DNA of 61,857 nt, counting the filler. It is 7 parts of 7 records of this genome, joined end to end, with 100 filler letters (N's around TTAATTAATTAA, not from the genome) between each part and the next. Parts side by side here need not be neighbours in the genome. Positions count along the whole stretch, not along the records: positions 6,586 to 20,673 come from SRR31156797_27565; positions 20,774 to 30,672 come from SRR31156797_27567; 5 more parts are not named here. One strand, 5' to 3'. Each line of letters begins with the position of its first letter. The first letter of the stretch is position 1. The notes beneath the pieces were generated by a model. That model saw nothing but the letters and a program-made list of their open reading frames with translations, was not told the origin of the DNA and did not search any database. A program made the translations under genes and the position numbers. Shown piece by piece: positions 16,291 through 26,730 of this stretch.

Positions 16291-18075
16291 TTATTCAATT
16301 TTGACAACCTGCACCGCCCCCACCTGCCTGACACCAGTCCAGGTAATCCGCGCTCCTTCTACTATGCCAATAACATCTCCCTTCCTTATATAGCCCCATT
16401 CCTTTGCCAACATCATCGAACGGTGCACCATCTCGTTCCGATTGAGTTCCTCCCTGATAATCAAAGGAAAAATGTTGTTATACAGACAAGCGTGGCGAGC
16501 TATATGAACAGATTTGGTTACCAGCAGGGTCGGCACCTTCTTGTTCCACTTTGAAAGCGAAGGGTAGAGAACGCCGTCAGGGTCAAGCAGAAGAGTGGCC
16601 TTTATATTAGCCAGACTGGTAATAGCACCAAGGGCTGGGTTAACAGAGGTATCATCTGTCAATTGCCGGTAATGTTCAGAGGACGTTTCCTTATATTGCT
16701 CCTCCTCGCAAATGATGGAGGCCATGGTTCGCACAACATTGACGGGATCTACCCCTACAGCTGTCTCCTGGGAGAGCATCACCGCATCAGTGCCCTGCCT
16801 GATAGCCATACTGACGTCAGTTACCTCTGCCCTGGTCGGCCGGGAATTGGTGGTCATGGAATCAAGCATTTGAGTCGCAGTAATGACCGGGGTATTATGC
16901 TCCCAACACAACTGAATAATTCGATCCTGAATACGCGGTACCCTTGCAACAGGCAACTCCACCCCCATATCTCCCCTGGCAATCATGATAGCATCAGATA
17001 CCGCGATGATCTCCTTGATGTCCTGTACTGCCTCGGGCCGTTCAATTTTGGCAACAACTTTAATGCTGCGCTTACCTGATCGGCATATGAACTGCTTGAC
17101 CTCGCTAATTTCATCAGCAGTCCGTACGAAGGAAAGCGCCACATAATCGACAGAGTGAACCAGGCCCCACTCCAGGTCCTGCCAGTCCTTTTCAGTAAGA
17201 CTTGGCAGTGAAAGGTTAGTTGAGGGAAGATTGATGCCTTTACTCGACTTCAAGGTACCTCCGGAAACCACCTCACATTCAGCTTCTTCACCATTTGCAG
17301 TAATCACGCGCAGCTCTAGCAAACCTTCATCCAATAAAACAGGATCACCAGGATGCAGATCGCTGAGTATTGACGGCATTATCGTCGAAAATCGTTCAGC
17401 ACTTCCTGTAACGGCCTTTGCCTGGATAGTAGTCTTTGATCCCACCCTAAGCTCTACAGCCCCATTTGCCATGGGACCGGTACGGATTTTTGGTCCACAA
17501 AGATCCTGAATGACTGCAATAGGCTTGTCCCAGATCGCTTCGGACTCTCGAATTGCGCACAAATTTTGCTCATGCTGCTCATAGGTGCCATGGGAAAAGT
17601 TAAGGCGGGCCACATCCATACCGGCAAGCATCATTTTCCCTAAAACCTGAGGGGAGTCGCACGCAGGACCAACCGTACAAACGATACGGGCCATTTTATT
17701 GACGCTGGTATGCGGTTGAGGAGTAATAGTTGCCAGCAGGGCAAACAGGGCTTCAAAATCGACCGGTTTAGAAAAAACATCGAGAACGTTCTGACTCTCT
17801 CTCAGCCGGTGAGTGACATTTTCGTCTTCATAGGCGGCAGTGACGATGATCAACGGCAACTGCGGACAAATAACCTGAATGGCATCAATAAATTTAAATC
17901 CGTCCCAATGGGGCATGCGGATATCACTGATAATGGCGTCATAGGCATTGGATGCTGCCAGTTGAAAACCCTGGTGACCGTTGCTGACGGCCTCAACCTC
18001 ATAACCAGCCTTTTCCAATCTGACCTGTAGCATTTTTTGAACGGGTGCACTGTCTTCCAGAATGAGAATGCGCAT
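16291..18075 (-). CDS. pyk: Pyruvate kinase with N-terminal response-regulator receiver domain
   Basis: aa 1-~118 REC (LED, SDIRMP, VTA, KP); then IVCTVGP, RLNFSHG, GPKIRTG, AKIE, ARGDMGVE, ATQMLDSM, PTRAE. Confidence 0.92.
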   Translation of the reverse strand: MRILILEDSAPVQKMLQVRLEKAGYEVEAVSNGHQGFQLAASNAYDAIISDIRMPHWDGFKFIDAIQVICPQLPLIIVTAAYEDENVTHRLRESQNVLDVFSKPVDFEALFALLATITPQPHTSVNKMARIVCTVGPACDSPQVLGKMMLAGMDVARLNFSHGTYEQHEQNLCAIRESEAIWDKPIAVIQDLCGPKIRTGPMANGAVELRVGSKTTIQAKAVTGSAERFSTIMPSILSDLHPGDPVLLDEGLLELRVITANGEEAECEVVSGGTLKSSKGINLPSTNLSLPSLTEKDWQDLEWGLVHSVDYVALSFVRTADEISEVKQFICRSGKRSIKVVAKIERPEAVQDIKEIIAVSDAIMIARGDMGVELPVARVPRIQDRIIQLCWEHNTPVITATQMLDSMTTNSRPTRAEVTDVSMAIRQGTDAVMLSQETAVGVDPVNVVRTMASIICEEEQYKETSSEHYRQLTDDTSVNPALGAITSLANIKATLLLDPDGVLYPSLSKWNKKVPTLLVTKSVHIARHACLYNNIFPLIIREELNRNEMVHRSMMLAKEWGYIRKGDVIGIVEGARITWTGVRQVGAVQVVKIE

Positions 18076-18229
18076 GAGAGATACTCCGGCAATAAGTTAC
18101 TGATTGAATCCAGATACTATTTATAGCATAGTGCAATCATCAGCAGATTGGAATGAGAACGGTTACGAAAGCTGCTTTTCACCCCTAACAGCCTCTCAAA
18201 AAAAATAATAAAAATGTATGAGGGATGGC

Positions 18230-18529
18230 ATGAATGTAATAATGGATCTTTGCCTGGTACCCATGGGCGTTGGTGTTTCTGTCTCAAAATATGTGGTGGC
18301 CTGCCACCAAGTTCTTAAAGATGCAGGGCTTAAGACAGAGCTTCATGCCTACGGCACCAACATTGAGGGTGAATGGGATGCGGTAATGGATGCCGTTAAA
18401 AAATGTCACGAACAGGTCCATGCTATGGGAGCACCGAGGATAACCACCACCATCAAACTCGGGACACGAAATGACAGAGAACAATCAATGGAGGACAAGG
18501 TACAGAGTGTCCAAACTCAAATGACCTGA
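18230..18529 (+). CDS. MTH1187/DUF77 family thiamine-binding protein
   Basis: VPMGVGVSVSKYV, HAYGTNIEGEWD, MEDKV pattern. Confidence 0.85.
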   Translation: MNVIMDLCLVPMGVGVSVSKYVVACHQVLKDAGLKTELHAYGTNIEGEWDAVMDAVKKCHEQVHAMGAPRITTTIKLGTRNDREQSMEDKVQSVQTQMT

Positions 18530-18623
18530 CTGTCCACATACATGCGACAAAATAAAGGGAGGCTAACTTTTTGCTGCCAACAGAAAGAGTATTTGCATTG
18601 CTTTACAAGCAAACAGGGTTCAC

Positions 18624-19100
18624 TTAATCTTGCTTAAAACCTTCTGGTTTACAAGGACCGTATGTAGGTTCGGCAGGCGGGAAGACCTCTATTTTACCCT
18701 GCCCTGGTGTCCTGACTGAGGTCAGGTTCCATTTTGCATACCAGTACCCGGCATCTGTTCCGTCCGGTGCCTTGATCACAGCACCGGTAAAAGTACACAT
18801 ACTGCTTCGCTGTTGCCTGGTGTTGTTAATCATGGGGGCAAGCTGCTGCTCCGGTTGCGTAAGTGGACTCCAGAAACGTGATACCAGCTGATTTTTTTTC
18901 TGTAGGGCAATAATGGCCACCGGTGATTGCTGGTGCCCGTAATAGTAATAATTGTGTTGCGGGATAATTGTGGCCGAAGAAAAAAGCTTCTTCACCTCAC
19001 TATCCACAACAACCTTGCCCTGCGGAACAGATGCACACCCATAGAAAGAAGCAACATTAAGGATCAGCAACAGATGACAGATGATGTGTTTCATACCCAT
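18624..19100 (-). CDS. Hypothetical lipoprotein
   Basis: Hydrophobic N-terminus with FYGC lipobox. Confidence 0.7.
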   Translation of the reverse strand: MGMKHIICHLLLILNVASFYGCASVPQGKVVVDSEVKKLFSSATIIPQHNYYYYGHQQSPVAIIALQKKNQLVSRFWSPLTQPEQQLAPMINNTRQQRSSMCTFTGAVIKAPDGTDAGYWYAKWNLTSVRTPGQGKIEVFPPAEPTYGPCKPEGFKQD

Positions 19101-19228
19101 AAACCACTTCCTTTATTATAATTGCCCAGACTGGATATCACATTGTTTACAGCTAACAAACAGTCCGCAGCCTTTATCAACACATTATCGACCTGATAAC
19201 TCACATTACCATAACCAAGAGGATAGAA

Positions 19229-19852
19229 ATGCCCAAAAAACATTTTACAATTAACATGATAAGCATATGCCTACTCTTGGTGCTTTTCGGCTGCGGCCCT
19301 TCAACCAAGATTACCTCTTCATGGGTACAGACCCCAGTTCCCAGCGGGAGCATAGACAAGGTCCTTGTTATCGCCCTTTCCAAAGATACAACCTCTCGCA
19401 AACTCTGGGAAAATAGCTTTGTAGAACAGCTTGCAGCTAAAAATGCACCGGCCATTGCCAGCCATACAATTATTGAAAAACCAATTGTACCGCAAGAGGA
19501 AGCTATCTTAAAGGTGATCCGACAGGCACAGGCAGATACAGTATTAATCACCCACTTGGTTGATAGTGACACAACAACCAAGTGGCATCCTGGCACCGTC
19601 CATTATGAACCATCCTTCTATTCAGGGATGTATGGATACTATGGACATGCATACCGGGCAGTATACAGTCCGCCAACAGTAACCACCCGAACTGTTGTAA
19701 GCTTGGAAAGCAATATTTATGATGTCAGCACAAAAAAGCTCGTCTGGGCTGCCCAATCAGACACTGTTAACCCGAAGCTCCTGAAAACTGATTTTGACTC
19801 GATGGTGAAAACGTTTGTAGCAGATTTACAGCGAAAAGGCGTGCTGCATTAA
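19229..19852 (+). CDS. Hypothetical lipoprotein (DUF4136-like)
   Basis: LFGC lipobox; Tyr/Gly-rich segment; ESNIYDV...LVWAAQS. Confidence 0.7.
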   Translation: MPKKHFTINMISICLLLVLFGCGPSTKITSSWVQTPVPSGSIDKVLVIALSKDTTSRKLWENSFVEQLAAKNAPAIASHTIIEKPIVPQEEAILKVIRQAQADTVLITHLVDSDTTTKWHPGTVHYEPSFYSGMYGYYGHAYRAVYSPPTVTTRTVVSLESNIYDVSTKKLVWAAQSDTVNPKLLKTDFDSMVKTFVADLQRKGVLH

Positions 19853-19971
19853 AAGAAGAGGGCCATTAATATGAAAGGGGGGAGGAATTCCCCCTTCTCC
19901 TTAACCACAGGACGAACCTTTTTGGGTTCTTGGTCTGGTTAAAAAGACCCCATCAGATTCGGGCAGATCTT

Positions 19972-20436
19972 TTACAAGTGGTTCCCTTTTTTAATATTGG
20001 TAAACGTCAGGACGTGACTGCCCTTTTTAACGCTGACATATTTTTTATTCTTTTCAGAGGAGATACTTTTCATAGGATACACCTTGTACCCCCCCTGGTT
20101 ATCACGAACCAGATAGCCGCAAGAAGGGCCGCTGCCCCATACCCGTACATTATTCATAACGCACAGTGTGTCGTTCTTTTTCACTGACCAACTAAAAAAC
20201 TCGATCTCCCCTTCATGATGCTTGATACGGATGGTTCCATTATCAGCGAAATATGCTGCATAGGATAAAACCTTACCTGTTTTCTTGTCTTTTTTAGCTT
20301 CAGTTACCTTGATGGTTGTATTCATCAATAACGTAGTTATTTCGCTAGCTTTCAAAACGGAATCAATGGCAAGTGATTGGCTGCACCATACTAAGAATAA
20401 AAGGACACAACTTATACAACCGAATGTTCTTTTCAT
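19972..20436 (-). CDS. Hypothetical secreted protein
   Basis: Signal peptide MKRTFG...SLA; start uncertain (ORF extends to 20466). Confidence 0.6.
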   Translation of the reverse strand: MKRTFGCISCVLLFLVWCSQSLAIDSVLKASEITTLLMNTTIKVTEAKKDKKTGKVLSYAAYFADNGTIRIKHHEGEIEFFSWSVKKNDTLCVMNNVRVWGSGPSCGYLVRDNQGGYKVYPMKSISSEKNKKYVSVKKGSHVLTFTNIKKGNHL

Positions 20437-20673
20437 TATTTTCTCCTGATTCATTTGGGGTATCACATCGTTACAGCAGGTAGTTATCCTTTTCCTTATC
20501 CGTTATCATAGATCCATTATAACTGCCAATAATTAATATTTCGCCTCATCTGGAAAAAAGTAAGATAAAAAACTACACGGCAATGCGGCAGGAAAGGATC
20601 TACAAATATCAATCTTGAAACCAGAGTTTTTAAAACCCTTAAAACAGGAAAAGGCCCTTAGCAAAAATTGCTA

Positions 20674-20773
20674 NNNNNNNNNNNNNNNNNNNNNNNNNNN
20701 NNNNNNNNNNNNNNNNNTTAATTAATTAANNNNNNNNNNNNNNNNNNNNNNNNNNNNNNNNNNNNNNNNNNNN
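20674..20773. other. Artificial contig linker
   Basis: 44 N + TTAATTAATTAA + 44 N. Confidence 0.98.
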
Positions 20774-20800
20774 GAGCTAAGCCCCTTTGGAATCCCTATT
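20774..20800 (-). repeat. Intergenic repeat copy, truncated at contig end
   Basis: CCCTTTGGAATCCCTA is the reverse complement of TAGGGATTCCAAAGGG at 22142-22157. Confidence 0.65.
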
Positions 20801-20848
20801 AGTAAAATCCCGGACGAACTCACGTCCGTCCGGGCTGTAAAAACAAAC

Positions 20849-22084
20849 TTAATCTACGTCTTCGACGTCGCCTTCCTTGATCCATTCGGAACCGGAAGAA
20901 GTCTTGCCTTTGAGACGCAGCCCCACCAGCTTGATAAAGCCTTCGGCGTCTTTCTGGTCGTATACTTCGTCTTCTTCGAAGGTAGCAAGATCTTCACGAT
21001 ACAGGGAGTAAGGAGACTTACGACCTTCGGGAATTGCGTTACCCTTATAGAGCTTCAATCTTACGGTACCGGTTACAGTTTTCTGAGTTTCGTCAATCAT
21101 AGCCTGAAGCGCGATACGCTCAGGAGCAAACCAGAAACCGTTATAGATCATTTCAGCATACTTGGGGATCAGGCTGTCGCGCAGATGCATGACTTCGCGG
21201 TCCATGCAAAGACCTTCGAGATCACGGTGTGCGATGTGCATGATAGTTCCGCCGGGGGTTTCGTACACGCCACGGGATTTCATACCCACGAAGCGGTTCT
21301 CAACCATATCCACACGACCGATACCGTGCTTACCGCCCAGCTCATTAAGTTTTTCAACCAAAGCTGCAGGAGAATACTTTGTACCGTTGATTGCAATAGG
21401 ATCACCCTTTTCAAAATCAATGGTAATGATTTCAGGCTCGTCCGGAGCTTCCTCAATGGGACGGCAGTAGCGGTAAGACTCAGGAGAAGGGGCATTCCAA
21501 GGATCTTCAAGCTCAGCGCCTTCAAAGCTTACGTGCAGCATGTTGGCATCCATGGACCAAGGCTTCTTGCGGGTAGTGGGGATCTCAATGTCATTAGCTT
21601 CTGCGAACTTCATGAGATCGGTACGGGACTTGAGATCCCATTCACGCCAAGGAGCAATATGCTTGAGCTTGGGGTTCATACCCATGCCGCCCAGTTCAAA
21701 ACGAACCTGATCGTTACCTTTACCGGTTGCACCGTGAGCCAAAGCCTGTGCGCCTTCCATTTCCGCAATTTCAACCATTCTCTTGGCGATCAGCGGACGG
21801 GCAATGGAAGTACCGAGCAGGTAACGTCCTTCGTAGATGGCACCGGCACGGAAAGATGGAAAAATAAAATCACGTGCGAACTCTTCGCGCAGATCCTCTA
21901 CGAAAGCCTTGGTTGCACCGGTCTTGAGAGCCTTTTCCTCAATACCGTCAAGCTCTTCACCCTGACCAAGGTCAGCAGTAAGGGTAATAACTTCGCAGTT
22001 GTACTCCTGCTTGATCCATTTCAGAATGATGGAGGTATCCAGACCACCGGAATATGCCAATACTACTTTTTCAATCTTACTCAT
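20849..22084 (-). CDS. argG: Argininosuccinate synthase
   Basis: [33 protein letters not shown]. Confidence 0.98.
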   Translation of the reverse strand: MSKIEKVVLAYSGGLDTSIILKWIKQEYNCEVITLTADLGQGEELDGIEEKALKTGATKAFVEDLREEFARDFIFPSFRAGAIYEGRYLLGTSIARPLIAKRMVEIAEMEGAQALAHGATGKGNDQVRFELGGMGMNPKLKHIAPWREWDLKSRTDLMKFAEANDIEIPTTRKKPWSMDANMLHVSFEGAELEDPWNAPSPESYRYCRPIEEAPDEPEIITIDFEKGDPIAINGTKYSPAALVEKLNELGGKHGIGRVDMVENRFVGMKSRGVYETPGGTIMHIAHRDLEGLCMDREVMHLRDSLIPKYAEMIYNGFWFAPERIALQAMIDETQKTVTGTVRLKLYKGNAIPEGRKSPYSLYREDLATFEEDEVYDQKDAEGFIKLVGLRLKGKTSSGSEWIKEGDVEDVD

Positions 22085-22140
22085 CTTATCAAACCTTAAA
22101 AAATAATTTTATATCTATAAAAAACAACTTCACCCTTTTA

Positions 22141-22214
22141 TTAGGGATTCCAAAGGGAATTATCCCCTTTGGCCGCCAGAGGCGAAATCACCAAACAAAA
22201 GCGCGAAGCGCATC
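22141..22214 (+). repeat. Intergenic palindromic repeat between argF and argG
   Basis: TTAGGGATTCCAAAGGG-AATTATC-CCCTTTGG-CCGCCAGAGGCG...GCGCGAAGCGC; second copy at 20774-20800. Confidence 0.65.
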
Positions 22215-22221
22215 ATAATAA

Positions 22222-23199
22222 CTATTCAATAGTATGCATATGCGGAACAGCCTGCACAGGTCCAAGCAGCTTTTCTACAGCATCGTAATCAACTTCAATG
22301 CCATTCACTGCCCATTCAAGGATAGCCTTCTGCATGTGCAGTCTGTTTTCAGCCTGATCAAAAATGATTGACCTGGGGCCGTCCAAAACTTCGGCAGTTA
22401 CTTCCTCGCCGCGATGTGCGGGCAGACAATGCATTACCTTACAATCAGGATCAGCATGCTCAAGAAGCTTATCATTAACCTGATAAGCAGCAAAAGCCAT
22501 TTCACGTTTCTTCTGCTCTTCTTCCTGACCCATGGAAGCAAAAACATCGGTATTGACGTAATGCGCGCCTTTAACCGCTTCAACAGGATCATAACTCAGG
22601 TTAATCTTTGCGCCCATGGACATTGCACGGGAAAGAATGTCGTGATCAGGCTCGTACCCTTTAGGAAATGCAAGAGTCAGATAAAACGGAAAGTATATAG
22701 CAGCATTAATCCAAGAATGAGCCATGTTATTACCGTCACCAACCCATGCAACGTGCACATTTTCAAGATCGGGAGTTCTTTCATAGATGGTCAGCATATC
22801 ACTCAGCACCTGACAAGGATGATACCTGTCAGTCAGGGCATTAATGACCGGAACAGAACCGTGCTCAGCAAGGGTGCGCACTTTATCCTGCCCAAAAGTA
22901 CGGACTACGAGAGCATCCGCATAGCGGGAAAGAACCTGTGCGGTATCTTCCAGCGGTTCACTTCTGCCGAGCTGGGATTCAGCCGGGGTCATGAAAATAG
23001 AATGACCGCCAAGCTGCTCAATAGCAACGTCAAAGGAAACGCGAGTACGGGTGGAAGCTTTTTCAAAAACCATAATAACGGTCTTCCCTTCAAGGGCGTT
23101 ATTCCTGATTTTGTTATCCTTGAGCTCTTTTGCGCGCAGCAGGAGCTGACCGAGTTCTGAACGGGGAACATCATTAATTTTGAGAAGATGTCTGATCAT
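22222..23199 (-). CDS. argF: Ornithine carbamoyltransferase
   Basis: STRTR, HPCQ, GDGNN, HCLP, QAENR; GGAG before ATG 23199. Confidence 0.97.
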   Translation of the reverse strand: MIRHLLKINDVPRSELGQLLLRAKELKDNKIRNNALEGKTVIMVFEKASTRTRVSFDVAIEQLGGHSIFMTPAESQLGRSEPLEDTAQVLSRYADALVVRTFGQDKVRTLAEHGSVPVINALTDRYHPCQVLSDMLTIYERTPDLENVHVAWVGDGNNMAHSWINAAIYFPFYLTLAFPKGYEPDHDILSRAMSMGAKINLSYDPVEAVKGAHYVNTDVFASMGQEEEQKKREMAFAAYQVNDKLLEHADPDCKVMHCLPAHRGEEVTAEVLDGPRSIIFDQAENRLHMQKAILEWAVNGIEVDYDAVEKLLGPVQAVPHMHTIE

Positions 23200-23403
23200 C
23201 GTAAAACTCCAGATATATTTGAGGTGAGCCTTAACTGACAATGAAAAATTGCAATCGGGAATTATTGCCTATAAGACCCGCCATTGTAAACCATAAATAT
23301 ATAATCATGGTCTAAAAAGAGGACAAATACGGGATTTACTCATGCGCAGCATATGGACGCTCCCGGACGGGAACATGCTGCAAGGAAACGGGTTGGCTTT
23401 TAA

Positions 23404-23859
23404 TTATTGCCAACCCAAGATTCGCTGTCGGACCTCGGGAGATACGGATTCAACAGCAGCGTCAGTGAGAGAATACATTTCAGGACCGTGATCATACCCC
23501 GCAAGATGCAGCATTGCATGCGCAAGCAGTCTTACTGTGTGCTCTTCCGGCTGCTGACCGTAGAGTCGGGTTTCACGGGCAAGTGTATCCACAGACAAAA
23601 CTATTTCTCCTAAAAAACTGTTTTCATTCAGATCGGGAGTCTCTGAAAAAGGGAAACTGAGCACGTTAGTCGGCCCCACGCATCCCAAAAATTCTTCATT
23701 AACTTCTGCAATGGCGGCATCATTGACTATTTTTAGGTCAAAGTCAAAACCTTCCAAACCAAGAACCTCAAGCAACATGCCTGCCATACGCAACAATTCC
23801 CTCTTAGTAAGAGGAAAACTCGCATCAAGCGTACATTCTATGCTCAGGTTCACACCCAT
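23404..23859 (-). CDS. ybeY: rRNA maturation endoribonuclease YbeY
   Basis: PTNVLSFP and HAMLHLAGYDH. Confidence 0.95.
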   Translation of the reverse strand: MGVNLSIECTLDASFPLTKRELLRMAGMLLEVLGLEGFDFDLKIVNDAAIAEVNEEFLGCVGPTNVLSFPFSETPDLNENSFLGEIVLSVDTLARETRLYGQQPEEHTVRLLAHAMLHLAGYDHGPEMYSLTDAAVESVSPEVRQRILGWQ

Positions 23860-24839
23860 TACTTACTGCCCCTGCACTCGTAGGAATCATAAGCCTTAAC
23901 GATCCGGGCCACCAGAGGATGGCGGATAACATCGGAATCCTCAAACTTAATAAAGCTGATTCCGTGCACATTCTGCAGAATATTAACGGCTTCCACCAGC
24001 CCGGAAGGCTCGCGGTTGGGCAAGTCAATCTGAGTGATATCCCCGGTAACAACTGCTTTTGAACCGAATCCGAGACGAGTGATGAACATCTTCATCTGCT
24101 CAGGAGTAGTATTCTGGGCCTCATCAAGGATAACAAAAGCGTTGGAAAGGGTCCGCCCGCGCATAAATGCCAACGGTGCGATCTCAATAATATTTTCCTC
24201 GATCATATCCTGTACCTTGCCCATATCGAGCATATCATACAGAGCATCATAAAGAGGCCGCATGTAAGGGTTAACCTTGTCCACAAGATCACCGGGCAGA
24301 AAACCCAGTTTTTCTCCGGCTTCTACAGCAGGACGGGTCAAAATAATCCTGTTAACTTCCTTACGTTGCAAAGCATAAACGGCCATGGCTACGGCAAGAT
24401 AGGTCTTACCTGTTCCGGCAGGACCAACCGAAAAAACCATGTCATTTTCGCGAATAGCGGAAAAATAAGCACGCTGGGTTAAGGTGCGCGGAGTAAGCGT
24501 TTTCTTGGGAGAAACCGCGAAAAGCTCATCTCGGAAAATTTTGATCAAATCGGCCTTGGGGTCACGACATAGAATGCGATAAGCAGCTTCAACGTCCTGC
24601 GGAAAGACCTCTTTACCCGACTTGAGCAGCTTATAGAGCTGGGTAAAGGACTTTGCCACCGGATCAATGAGCTCTTCATTTTCAGAAATAAGCTGCAGAG
24701 AATTCCCCCTGCTCTCAATCCTGACACCGGACTGGCGCGAAATAAGATCAAGGTTTGAGTTCTGGGCACCGAACAGCACACTGGCCAGTCCCACATTATC
24801 AAATTCAAGTTTAACCCGAAACGTTTGTTTATCTGCCAT
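23859..24839 (-). CDS. phoH: PhoH-family ATPase
   Basis: GPAGTGKT, RPAVEAGEKLGFLPG, MRGRT, DEAQN. Confidence 0.95.
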   Translation of the reverse strand: MADKQTFRVKLEFDNVGLASVLFGAQNSNLDLISRQSGVRIESRGNSLQLISENEELIDPVAKSFTQLYKLLKSGKEVFPQDVEAAYRILCRDPKADLIKIFRDELFAVSPKKTLTPRTLTQRAYFSAIRENDMVFSVGPAGTGKTYLAVAMAVYALQRKEVNRIILTRPAVEAGEKLGFLPGDLVDKVNPYMRPLYDALYDMLDMGKVQDMIEENIIEIAPLAFMRGRTLSNAFVILDEAQNTTPEQMKMFITRLGFGSKAVVTGDITQIDLPNREPSGLVEAVNILQNVHGISFIKFEDSDVIRHPLVARIVKAYDSYECRGSK

Positions 24840-24920
24840 TAATTATTTCCCGTTCTTTTTTTGAAAGATGGAATACGGCAGGACGAGCGAAGATGCAACT
24901 GATTAAAATCAAGTTCAAAA

Positions 24921-25289
24921 TTATGATCCGAGAAGGTCATCAATAGCAGCCAATATGGCATTAGCATTAAACGGTTTGGTAAAAGTGTATTTCACCCCGA
25001 ACATCTTGATCCAATCAAGCGAATCATAATTTGCAGAAGAACTGCCACCGGACACTGCGATAATTTTTACATCCGGGTTTTCCTTCATTAATTCCCTAAC
25101 GGTCTGTACGCCTTCTTTCTCCGGCATAAAAATATCTGTGATAACCAAATCGATCAGATTACGGTCGTACCCCTTTACAGCCTTAACTCCATCCTCGGCT
25201 TCCGTAACAAGGTGCCCTTCTTTCTCAAGCATTGCTTTAAGAACCTGACGTGAAATTGGATCATCATCTACGACGAGAATCCGGGGCAT
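24921..25289 (-). CDS. Single-domain response regulator (CheY-like)
   Basis: VVDDD, TDIFMP, SG, KP. Confidence 0.9.
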   Translation of the reverse strand: MPRILVVDDDPISRQVLKAMLEKEGHLVTEAEDGVKAVKGYDRNLIDLVITDIFMPEKEGVQTVRELMKENPDVKIIAVSGGSSSANYDSLDWIKMFGVKYTFTKPFNANAILAAIDDLLGS

Positions 25290-25417
25290 AAAAATCTCCT
25301 TAACTTCCCAAAATAATTACTCAGACAATAAACAATTGCTGTAGGCATCACTACACAACTATCATGATACGAATTAACTTCTAAAAAAATTATTTTCAAG
25401 ACTTTAAAGAAAAAATC

Positions 25418-26584
25418 TTAGTAGCGTGACTTACGGCTACCTTTGAAAATTTCAAATTCCAACAAACGGCATTCAATCTTGGCATTGTAAAAAACCAATC
25501 TACGCGAAGATTTAAGCCCGATAAATTTTGCCAGCTCAAGATTTCCGGTAAAGATAAGACCTTTGTACCCCTGACATTTATTCTTCAGAAAATCACCAAT
25601 AGCAGTATAAATTTTTTCCAGTTTAGTTTTGCTGCCAAGACGTTCACCGTATTCGGGGTTCATCATAATCACCCCGCCACCATCGGGAATCTGTGTTTCG
25701 CGAAAATCACAAACATCAAATTCAATATGATGCTCAACCCCGGCAGCACGGGCATTCTTTTTCGCCGCCTCAACTACTTCAGGATCGATATCGGTAGCAA
25801 TGATCCTACCTTCAATGGAATCATGTTCCCTGTCTTCGGCATCAATGCAGAGGTTGTCCCAGTATTCAGGATTATAGCCGGGAATATTCATAAAGGCGTA
25901 ATTATCACGCATGAGTCCCGGAGCACCATTCAAAGCCACAAGAGCGGCTTCAATAGCAAGCGTCCCGCTACCACACATTGGGGAAACAAAGTTGCCACGA
26001 CCATACCATTTAGCAGCCCTGATCAGGGTTGCAGCCAGAGTTTCCTGCAAGGGAGCCTTGGCCGGGAATTTACGGTATCCGCGACGGGAAAGGGGCACAC
26101 CGGAAGTATCAAGGTAAACAGTACATTCATCGTCCTTCCAGTGCAGAAAGACAACAATACCGGACATATCAGGCCCAGAGGAAGGACGCCTGCCGGTTTT
26201 CTCACGAATACGGTCAACGATGGCATCCTTGACCTTCACATTGGCAAAGCGGGAATCATTAACGGTTTCAGTACGTACGGAAGAAGTTACAGTCAGATAA
26301 TCGTCCGGTCCGAGAATATTTTCCCAAACCATATCCTTGACCTGCTTATACATCTGATCCGGAGTGTCGGCTTTGAAACGCTTAAGCTGATACAAAACCC
26401 GGTGCCCGCAACGCACCCAGAGGTTAAGACGCATACAGTCATTCAGGGAGGCCTTGGTCTCTACCCCGGCAGCAAGTTCAGCCCGAATTTTATATCCCAA
26501 GCGGCCCATCTCTTCAGCAAGATAGGGACTGAAATTTTTAGGACAAGTGACCAACACAATACTATTACGTTCGAAATCCAGCAT
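25418..26584 (-). CDS. THUMP-domain RNA m2G methyltransferase (RlmL/YpsC-like)
   Basis: LSRRGYR, APLQETLAA, PMCGSGT, NPEYG. Confidence 0.88.
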   Translation of the reverse strand: MLDFERNSIVLVTCPKNFSPYLAEEMGRLGYKIRAELAAGVETKASLNDCMRLNLWVRCGHRVLYQLKRFKADTPDQMYKQVKDMVWENILGPDDYLTVTSSVRTETVNDSRFANVKVKDAIVDRIREKTGRRPSSGPDMSGIVVFLHWKDDECTVYLDTSGVPLSRRGYRKFPAKAPLQETLAATLIRAAKWYGRGNFVSPMCGSGTLAIEAALVALNGAPGLMRDNYAFMNIPGYNPEYWDNLCIDAEDREHDSIEGRIIATDIDPEVVEAAKKNARAAGVEHHIEFDVCDFRETQIPDGGGVIMMNPEYGERLGSKTKLEKIYTAIGDFLKNKCQGYKGLIFTGNLELAKFIGLKSSRRLVFYNAKIECRLLEFEIFKGSRKSRY

Positions 26585-26665
26585 GTTAACCTCACAGGGC
26601 AAATGACTGCCCAAAATATATTCTATACAGACAGAGAAAGCTCAGCCTACACTCTTTGATTCAAT

Positions 26666-26700
26666 AAAAAAAGGCCCTGCCCTAGAGCGGGCAGAGCCTT
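26666..26700 (-). terminator. Terminator after putP
   Basis: AAGGC-CCTGCC...GGCAG-AGCCTT with T-run on the minus strand. Confidence 0.7.
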
Positions 26701-26730
26701 ATAAACAGAACTAAGCTAAACAACAAGCTC

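Noticed and set aside
24921-25289. CheY-like gene as partner of the REC-pyruvate kinase
   Set aside because: It is on a different contig.
21185-26659. Long antisense ORFs (21185-22099, 22414-23160, 25727-26659)
   Set aside because: Shadow frames of argG, argF and the methyltransferase, with no recognisable motifs.
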